A stretch of DNA of 64,000 bases from Escherichia coli (GTDB taxonomy: Bacteria; Pseudomonadota; Gammaproteobacteria; Enterobacterales; Enterobacteriaceae), in assembly GCF_002854065.1 (NCBI RefSeq), contig NZ_CP024147.1. The stretch is one strand, 5' to 3'. The first letter of the stretch is position 1; each line of letters begins with the position of its first letter. The notes beneath the pieces are model-generated. The model did no database searches, was not told the DNA's origin, and worked only from the letters and a program-made list of their open reading frames with translations. Both the position numbers and the translations under genes were made by a program. Below, in pieces: positions 53,852 to 64,000 of the stretch.

Positions 53852-54745
53852 ATGCGCTTAATCTTTATTCTATTCACTTTGTGGTGTCTTCCTGGGCTTG
53901 CCCAGCAAATTGCTGTGCCAGAACTGCGCCAACAGGTGACCGATATTACTGGTACGTTAAGCACTTCTGAACAACAATCACTGACACAGCAACTGCAGGA
54001 TATTACACATAAAACACGGGCGCAGGTCGCTGTATTAGTAGTGCCGTCTACCGGAGACGATTCCATTGAACAATATGCTACAAGGGTTTTTGATAGCTGG
54101 AAACTGGGAGATAAGCAGAGAAACGATGGTATTTTACTTCTGGTTGCCTGGGAGGATCATGCTGTTCGTATTGAGGTTGGCTACGGGCTGGAAGGGGTGG
54201 TTACCAACCTGCAAGCGGCGAAGATTATCAGGGATATATTGATCCCTGCCTTCAAAAGTGATGACCTGATGGGTGGATTAACACTGGCAAGCGAAAATAT
54301 CGGCGCACTTCTGTTGAATGGTGAATTACCGGAAGACAGGGGGGATTATTACAGTATCAATCCCCCTATTCCATTATCGCTTGCTGTAATTATATTGCTG
54401 GCGGTACTTTCATATTTTATTGTTTTTACCGATCCGTCGAATTTACCCTGGATCACTCTCACTGGCGCCATTTACGGGATGGTATTCCTCTATGTTGCCG
54501 AGCCAGGACCATGGACCAATTTAATCGTTGCCTGCGGTATGTTAACGCCTTTTGCGATCGTACCACTGGTTATTTTTTGGCTTATCGTCAATAAAAAGCT
54601 ACGCGCCAAATACAAAAAACTCAGTAAAGAAAGAGCTACAAGAAAAGGTTCTTCTTCATCCTCTTCCGGTGGAGGCTCAAGTGGCGGCGGATTTAGCGGC
54701 GGGGGCGGTTCTTCTGGAGGTGGCGGCGCATCCGGCCGCTGGTAA
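53852..54745 (+). CDS. ygcG: TPM-domain protein YgcG with signal peptide and Gly/Ser-rich C-terminal tail
   Basis: Start at MRLIFILFTLWCLPGLAQQ; TPM domain, TM helices, ends GGGSSGGGFSGGGGSSGGGGASGRW. Confidence 0.75.
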   Translation: MRLIFILFTLWCLPGLAQQIAVPELRQQVTDITGTLSTSEQQSLTQQLQDITHKTRAQVAVLVVPSTGDDSIEQYATRVFDSWKLGDKQRNDGILLLVAWEDHAVRIEVGYGLEGVVTNLQAAKIIRDILIPAFKSDDLMGGLTLASENIGALLLNGELPEDRGDYYSINPPIPLSLAVIILLAVLSYFIVFTDPSNLPWITLTGAIYGMVFLYVAEPGPWTNLIVACGMLTPFAIVPLVIFWLIVNKKLRAKYKKLSKERATRKGSSSSSSGGGSSGGGFSGGGGSSGGGGASGRW

Positions 54746-54754
54746 CTCAACCAT

Positions 54755-54785
54755 AAAAAATGCCAGCCCGGAGGCTGGCATTTTT
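54755..54785. terminator. Bidirectional intrinsic terminator between ygcG and eno
   Basis: aaaaaatgccagcc-cgga-ggctggcattttt. Confidence 0.45.
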
Positions 54786-54804
54786 AAATCAGATAAAGTC
54801 AGTC

Positions 54805-56118
<1,314 letters not shown>

Positions 56119-56190
56119 TCACTAGTTAAACTGAAACTCCAGACAAACAACGCGTACCCAGGGTACGCGTTGCCGTTCTAACTTTTTTAC

Positions 56191-57843
<1,653 letters not shown>

Positions 57844-58055
57844 TTAGGTTGAAAAGACGATGGAATAACCAGGACGGGAAAGCAGTATACCCGAACATGA
57901 CCTGTGCCACAAACTTTCATTATCCCTCCTCTTCGCCAGCGCACTATTGAAATCAGGAGTGAGAAAATAGCCCCTTTGGGGTAAATGTTTTTGACGCAAA
58001 TCAAGCGCTTGTCATTTAAAAAATGACACAAATGGCGCTTGACCGCGTAATTCCC

Positions 58056-58847
58056 TTAGAGATCAATTTCCTGCCGTTTTACCTGTTGCCAGACTTCTTC
58101 CATTGTTTCGAGGTCAACACCTGTCATTTCCAGTCCACGCGCGGCAACAATACGCTCCACTTCGCGAAAACGACGCTCGAATTTTTCGTTCGCTTTTTGC
58201 AATGCGATTTCCGCTTTTGTCCCTAAATGACGAGCCAGATTGACCGTGGCAAACAGCAGGTCCCCCATTTCCTCCTCCAGTTTAGCCTGGTCGACAACAG
58301 CCTGCCGCGCTTCGTACATCACCTCGTCGATCTCTTCGTAGACTTTATCGACTACCGGACCAAGCGTCGTCCAATCGAAGCCAACGTTGGCGCAACGTTT
58401 CTGGATTTTTTGCGCACGCATTAAAGCCGGTAAACTACGAGGAATATCGTCCAGCGCCGAATGCTGCGCTTTCTGCGCGCGCTCTCCGGTTTTGATTTGC
58501 TCCCAACGGGCAAGCACTTCACTACTGTTTTCGGCAGAACTGTCAGCAAAAACATGCGGATGGCGACGCTCTAATTTATCGCTAATCGCAGCGCAAATAT
58601 CATTAAAGTCAAAGCGCCCTTCTTCCTGAGCCATTTGTGCGTAAAACACCACCTGGAACAGCAGATCGCCGAGTTCACCGCGCAGATCGTCAAAATCTTC
58701 ACGGGCGATGGCGTCCAGCACTTCGTAGGTTTCTTCAAGGGTGTAAGGCGCAATGGTGGCAAATGTCTGCTCTTTATCCCACGGGCAGCCGTTTTCCGGG
58801 TCGCGCAGGCGCTGCATAATAGTGAGCAAACGGTCGATTTGATTCAT
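58056..58847 (-). CDS. mazG: Nucleoside triphosphate pyrophosphohydrolase MazG
   Basis: 263-aa ORF, tandem MazG domains. Confidence 0.9.
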   Translation of the reverse strand: MNQIDRLLTIMQRLRDPENGCPWDKEQTFATIAPYTLEETYEVLDAIAREDFDDLRGELGDLLFQVVFYAQMAQEEGRFDFNDICAAISDKLERRHPHVFADSSAENSSEVLARWEQIKTGERAQKAQHSALDDIPRSLPALMRAQKIQKRCANVGFDWTTLGPVVDKVYEEIDEVMYEARQAVVDQAKLEEEMGDLLFATVNLARHLGTKAEIALQKANEKFERRFREVERIVAARGLEMTGVDLETMEEVWQQVKRQEIDL

Positions 58848-58917
58848 TAGAATGTCCTGAAAATTGCAGGTCCGTCAGGTGGAAACCTGTGACCAGAATA
58901 GAAGTGAGTTAGTAACA

Positions 58918-59253
58918 CTACCCAATCAGTACGTTAATTTTGGCTTTAATGAGTTGTAATTCCTCTGGGGCAACTGTTCCTTTCTTCGTTGCTCCTCTTG
59001 CCCGCCAGGCGATACTTTTTACCTGATCAGCTAACGCTACGCCATCACGTTCCTGACCGGATAAAACAACTTCGAACGGATATCCTTTTGATTGCGTTGT
59101 ACAAGGAACACACAGACACATACCTGTTTTGTTGTTGTACATGAACGGACTCAGGACAACAGCCGGACGATGTCCGGCTTGCTCGCTACCTTTTGTCGGG
59201 TCAAAATCAACCCAAATCAGATCGCCCATATCGGGTACGTATCGGCTTACCAT
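58918..59253 (-). CDS. mazF: Endoribonuclease toxin MazF
   Basis: 111-aa [28 protein letters not shown]. Confidence 0.9.
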   Translation of the reverse strand: MVSRYVPDMGDLIWVDFDPTKGSEQAGHRPAVVLSPFMYNNKTGMCLCVPCTTQSKGYPFEVVLSGQERDGVALADQVKSIAWRARGATKKGTVAPEELQLIKAKINVLIG

Positions 59254-59501
59254 TACCAGACTTCCTTATCTTTCGGCTCTCCCCAGTCGATATTCTCGTG
59301 GAGGTTTTCCGGCGTGATGTCGTTGACCAGTTCAGCAAGCGTAAATACGGGCTCTTTACGCACTGGCTCAATAATTAATTTGCCATCCACCAGGTCAATC
59401 TTCACTTCATCATCAATATTCAGATTGAGCGCCTGCATTAACGTAGCCGGGATCCGCACCGCCGGTGAATTTCCCCAACGCTTTACGCTACTGTGGATCA
59501 T
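59253..59501 (-). CDS. mazE: Antitoxin MazE
   Basis: 82-aa [21 protein letters not shown]; overlaps mazF start. Confidence 0.9.
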
Positions 59502-59507
59502 AACCCT

Positions 59508-59560
59508 TTCCTCAAACCGCTATCATATGTAGATACAGTATATATCAATCTACATTGTAG
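59508..59560 (-). promoter_or_regulatory. mazEF promoter region with alternating palindrome operator
   Basis: ttgatatatactgtatctacatatgatagc on minus strand just upstream of mazE. Confidence 0.45.
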
Positions 59561-59578
59561 ATACGAGCAAATTTCTGC

Positions 59579-61813
59579 CTAACTCCCGTGCAACCGACGC
59601 GCGTCGATAACATCCGGCACCTGGTTGAGTTTACCCAGCACGCGACCCAGCACCTGCAGGTTGTAAATCTCAATGGTCATGTCGATGGTCGCCAGTTGCT
59701 GTTTGGTGTCGCTACGGCTGGCAACGCCAAGTACGTTCACCTTCTCGTTGGCGAGAATGGTCGTGATATCACGTAACAACCCACTACGATCATTAGCCAC
59801 CACGCGGACCACCAGCGAATATCCGGCGGAGTAGCTCTCGCCCCATACCGCGTCAACAATGCGTTCTGGCGCATGGGAGCGCAGTTCCGCCAGTTGTTCG
59901 CAATCGGCGCGGTGTACTGAAATACCGCGTCCCTGGGTAATGAAGCCGACAATCTCATCTCCAGGAATCGGCTGGCAGCAGCGCGCGATGTGGTGCATCA
60001 GGTTACCAACACCTTCAACCACCACACGACCGTTATCTTTACTGCGGTTTTGCGGCGTGTAGCTTTTTTGCTGAAGCTGTTTCAGCGCGGCGGCGTCCTG
60101 CTCTTCGGCACTCGGCTTATTAAATTGCGATTGCAGGAAGTTCACCATCTGATTGAGACGGATATCCCCGCCACCAATCGCCGCCAGCAACTCGTCGACA
60201 TCATTGAAGTTGTAACGCGGCAGCAGATGTTTTTCTGCTTCTTTCAGGCTGATCCCCAGATGTTCCAGCTCGTCGTCAAGGATTTGCCGCCCAGCCAGAA
60301 TGTTTTTGTCACGGTCCTGTTTACGGAACCAGGCGTGAATTTTCGAACGCCCACGGCTGGTTGTGACGTAACCGAGGTTTGGGTTTAACCAGTCACGGCT
60401 GGGGTTCGGCTGTTTCTGGGTGATAATTTCAATCTGGTCGCCCATCTGCAGCTGGTAGGTGAACGGCACAATGCGCCCGCCAATTTTTGCCCCGATGCAG
60501 CGGTGTCCGACATCACTGTGGATGTGGTAAGCGAAGTCCAGCGGCGTTGATCCCGCAGGCAAATCAACGACATCACCTTTCGGCGTAAAGACATACACCC
60601 GGTCGTCAAACACCTGACTACGTACTTCGTCGAGCATTTCGCCGGAATCAGCCATCTCTTCCTGCCACGCAATCAGTTTACGCAGCCAGGCAATCCGGTC
60701 TTCATGTCCCGAACGTGCGCCGCCAGCTGCCGCGCCCTCTTTATATTTCCAGTGCGCAGCAACACCCAACTCTGCATCTTCATGCATCTGTTTGGTGCGG
60801 ATTTGGATCTCAACGGTTTTTCCACCCGGCCCCAGAACCACGGTATGAATAGACTGATAACCGTTTGGTTTCGGGTTAGCGACGTAATCGTCAAACTCAT
60901 CCGGCAGGTGGCGATAGTGAGTGTGCACTATCCCCAGTGCGGCATAACAATCCTGTAAACGCTCGGCGACAATACGTACCGCACGCACATCAAACAGCTC
61001 ATCGAAGGCGAGGTTCTTTTTCTGCATTTTGCGCCAGATGCTGTAGATGTGTTTCGGACGACCATACACTTCAGCTTTAACGCCTTCAGCTTTCATCTCA
61101 GCGCGCAGATGGCCGACAAACTCTTCGATATAGTGTTCGCGGTCGAGACGGCGTTCATGCAACAGTTTTGCGATGCGTTTGTATTCGGTCGGGTGGAGAT
61201 AACGGAAGCAGTAATCTTCCAGCTCCCATTTCAGTTGCCCAATCCCAAGACGGTTTGCCAACGGCGCGTAGATATTGGTGCACTCTTTTGCCGCCAGTAC
61301 GCGTTCATCTTCCGGCGCATCTTTTACTTCACGCAGATGAGCAATACGCTCCGCCAGTTTGATGACCACGCAGCGAAAATCATCGACCATCGCCAATAAC
61401 ATCCGGCGAACGTTATCGACCTGTTCGGAGGAAACAGAATCAGTGTGCGTCGCTTTCAGCTGGCGGATCGCCGCCATATCACGCACGCCGTGAATAAGGT
61501 TAACGACCGACTTACCGACGCTCTCACGCAGCACATCTTCGCTGACTACGTTGGCATCCGCCAGAGGGAAAAGCAGCGCCGCCCGCAGCGTGTCAATGTC
61601 CATACTTAATGTCGAGAGGATCTCCACCATCTCAACACCACGCCACAATAACAGACTGGCATCCGGATGCCCCTGCGTCTGTTGCAGACAATACGCCCAG
61701 GTTTCGGCTAAGCACTCACACGACTTCTGGCTGGTAATACCCAGACTTGCGATCCATTTTTCCGGATCAAATTCACCAGCCTTATTGATATGTGCACTTC
61801 TTACCGCAACCAT
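59579..61813 (-). CDS. relA: GTP pyrophosphokinase, (p)ppGpp synthetase I
   Basis: 744-aa ORF, recognised RelA. Confidence 0.95.
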   Translation of the reverse strand: MVAVRSAHINKAGEFDPEKWIASLGITSQKSCECLAETWAYCLQQTQGHPDASLLLWRGVEMVEILSTLSMDIDTLRAALLFPLADANVVSEDVLRESVGKSVVNLIHGVRDMAAIRQLKATHTDSVSSEQVDNVRRMLLAMVDDFRCVVIKLAERIAHLREVKDAPEDERVLAAKECTNIYAPLANRLGIGQLKWELEDYCFRYLHPTEYKRIAKLLHERRLDREHYIEEFVGHLRAEMKAEGVKAEVYGRPKHIYSIWRKMQKKNLAFDELFDVRAVRIVAERLQDCYAALGIVHTHYRHLPDEFDDYVANPKPNGYQSIHTVVLGPGGKTVEIQIRTKQMHEDAELGVAAHWKYKEGAAAGGARSGHEDRIAWLRKLIAWQEEMADSGEMLDEVRSQVFDDRVYVFTPKGDVVDLPAGSTPLDFAYHIHSDVGHRCIGAKIGGRIVPFTYQLQMGDQIEIITQKQPNPSRDWLNPNLGYVTTSRGRSKIHAWFRKQDRDKNILAGRQILDDELEHLGISLKEAEKHLLPRYNFNDVDELLAAIGGGDIRLNQMVNFLQSQFNKPSAEEQDAAALKQLQQKSYTPQNRSKDNGRVVVEGVGNLMHHIARCCQPIPGDEIVGFITQGRGISVHRADCEQLAELRSHAPERIVDAVWGESYSAGYSLVVRVVANDRSGLLRDITTILANEKVNVLGVASRSDTKQQLATIDMTIEIYNLQVLGRVLGKLNQVPDVIDARRLHGS

Positions 61814-61860
61814 CGTCCTCTCCTTTAGGGACCAGACCTACCGAAATCGGCAAATCGCAA

Positions 61861-63162
61861 CTATTTAACGCGCGAGAAAAGTACCATCGATTCCAGATGT
61901 CCCGTGTGTGGGAACATATCCAGCATCGCCAGTCGCGCAATGGTATATCCTGCTTTTAATAACGCTTCGCTATCCCGAGCCAGCGTTGCAGGGTTACAGG
62001 ATACATAAACTATACGAATAGGTTCCAGTTTTATAATTTGCTGCATAACACCTGCGGCACCTGCTCGCGCCGGGTCCAGCAACACTTTATCGAAGCCGTT
62101 TTTCGCCCACGGCTGCTTTGTGACATCTTCTTCAAGATTTTCGTGATAAAACGTCACATTCTGTAAGCCATTAAGACGCGCATTCTGCTGGCCTTTTTCC
62201 ACCAGCGCCGGAACACCTTCTACACCGACCACACTGGCAGCTTGTGTCACCAATGGCAGTGTAAAGTTGCCCATACCGCAGAACAGATCCAGTACGCGAT
62301 CTTCAGGTTGCACATCCAGCCATTCCAACGCACGCGCTACCATTTTTTGGTTCACACCCGCATTGACCTGAATAAAATCGCGCGGGCTAAAAGTTAAGCG
62401 CAACCCGTTTGAGTCATACCAGGGCATCTCACCAGAGACGGTTTCGAGTATCTCACTATCGGGGGCGAGATACAGATCCAGGCCTTCAGAATGCGAAAAG
62501 CGTTCCAGTTTTTCGCGATCTGCCGAACTTAGCGGTGCGGTATGGCGCAAAATCATCAGCGTGCCGCTGGTTGCCTGTACCAGTTCAACATGACCAAGAT
62601 GGCGCATAGCTTGTAAGCTGCCCAGGCATGCCCTGACTTTGGGCAGCAATGCTTCAAGTTGGGGCACTAAAATGGGGCATTGTTTAACGTCGACAATGTC
62701 ACTGGAGCCCGCTTTGCGAAACCCCATCTGAAGTTGCTGTGTTTTCGGTAAGTAATTCAGACTTAAACGCGCGCGACGGCGATAGCCCCAGGGAACATCG
62801 GCGATCACTTCAGAGACTTCGTGTTTCATTAATCGGGCGAGTGCCGCACTTTTGCTTCGCTGCTGTAAATCCACGCTGGCGTGTTGTTGCTGACAGCCGC
62901 CGCATACGCCAAAATGAGGACAGCGTGGCGTTTCGCGTTCCGGGCTATCGCTTAACCGGCGTACGACTTTAGCGCGGGCATACTGTTTTTTATCTTCAGT
63001 AACAGTAACTTCCGCGTTTTCCTGCGGCAATAATCCGGGGATAAATAGCGTTTTGCCGTTATGTCGCGCCACGCCCTGACCAAAAGAGTCGAGGTCGTTG
63101 ACTGAAACGGTTATGATCTGACGCGTCGTCGTGCGTCGTTTTGCAGAGTAGAATTGCGCCAT
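61861..63162 (-). CDS. rlmD: 23S rRNA (uracil1939-C5)-methyltransferase
   Basis: 433-aa ORF, TRAM domain plus Fe-S cysteines and SAM-MTase fold. Confidence 0.9.
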   Translation of the reverse strand: MAQFYSAKRRTTTRQIITVSVNDLDSFGQGVARHNGKTLFIPGLLPQENAEVTVTEDKKQYARAKVVRRLSDSPERETPRCPHFGVCGGCQQQHASVDLQQRSKSAALARLMKHEVSEVIADVPWGYRRRARLSLNYLPKTQQLQMGFRKAGSSDIVDVKQCPILVPQLEALLPKVRACLGSLQAMRHLGHVELVQATSGTLMILRHTAPLSSADREKLERFSHSEGLDLYLAPDSEILETVSGEMPWYDSNGLRLTFSPRDFIQVNAGVNQKMVARALEWLDVQPEDRVLDLFCGMGNFTLPLVTQAASVVGVEGVPALVEKGQQNARLNGLQNVTFYHENLEEDVTKQPWAKNGFDKVLLDPARAGAAGVMQQIIKLEPIRIVYVSCNPATLARDSEALLKAGYTIARLAMLDMFPHTGHLESMVLFSRVK

Positions 63163-63218
63163 TGGCGAGACTTTCTCAATTTAACAGTGTGACCTTAATT
63201 GTCCCATAACGGAACTCC

Positions 63219-64000
63219 ATGACCAACTACAGCCTGCGCGCACGCATGATGATTCTGATCCTGGCACCGACCGTCCTTATTGGTTTATTGCTGAGTATCT
63301 TTTTCGTCGTGCATCGCTATAACGACTTGCAGCGTCAACTGGAAGATGCCGGTGCCAGCATTATTGAGCCGCTTGCAGTTTCTACTGAATATGGCATGAG
63401 CCTGCAAAATCGCGAATCTATCGGTCAGTTAATAAGCGTACTGCATCGTCGCCATTCCGATATTGTTCGCGCGATTTCGGTTTATGATGAAAATAACCGA
63501 CTCTTTGTCACCTCCAATTTTCATCTTGATCCCTCATCAATGCAGCTCGGCAGCAACGTGCCGTTTCCTCGCCAGCTCACTGTCACTCGTGACGGCGATA
63601 TTATGATCCTCCGCACGCCGATTATTTCTGAGAGTTACTCCCCTGACGAATCGCCCAGTAGCGATGCCAAAAATAGTCAAAATATGTTGGGATATATTGC
63701 GCTTGAGCTGGATCTTAAATCGGTTCGCTTGCAGCAATATAAAGAGATCTTTATTTCCAGCGTGATGATGCTGTTTTGTATCGGTATTGCGCTTATTTTT
63801 GGCTGGCGCTTAATGCGCGATGTAACCGGTCCGATTCGCAACATGGTGAATACCGTAGACCGCATCCGTCGCGGGCAACTCGACAGCCGGGTGGAAGGAT
63901 TTATGCTTGGTGAGCTGGATATGCTCAAAAACGGTATCAACTCGATGGCAATGTCGCTGGCTGCTTATCACGAAGAGATGCAGCACAATATCGACCAGGC
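63219..64000 (+). CDS. barA: Sensor histidine kinase BarA, N-terminal part; continues past window end
   Basis: ATG at 63219 gives [29 protein letters not shown]...; no stop before window edge. Confidence 0.85.

Overview
This window reads as an Escherichia coli chromosomal segment, largely syntenic with K-12: hycE'-hycDCBA / hypABCDE-fhlA, mutS, pphB, the ygbI-ygbN threonate/erythronate cluster, rpoS-nlpD-pcm-surE-truD-ispF-ispD-ftsB, cysCND, iap, cysHIJ, queD, the ygcN-ygcE cluster, queE, ygcG, eno, pyrG, mazGFE, relA, rlmD and the start of barA. Gene identities were recognised from the translated ORFs; all comparisons to K-12 or other strains are from memory, with no database search. It is not K-12 itself. 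The main differences visible in the sequence are: (1) no type I-E CRISPR-Cas locus between iap and cysH, only about 540 bp holding an intact hok-family toxin gene; (2) the second CRISPR locus between ygcE and queE is reduced to a leader plus one degenerate repeat; (3) an IS1 copy without target-site duplication truncating a lemA-like gene and a TPM-domain gene upstream of ygcG; (4) two disabling lesions in the ygb cluster, a frameshift in ygbJ and an amber codon in ygbN; (5) a phenolic-acid decarboxylase cluster (ecdBCD) with a MarR-family regulator next to rpoS; (6) a small tandem-TOBE molbindin gene after fhlA. I did not find a clearly novel multi-gene system. The best candidates for poorly understood biology are the ygcN-ygcE redox/transport/kinase cluster and the disrupted LemA/TPM module.
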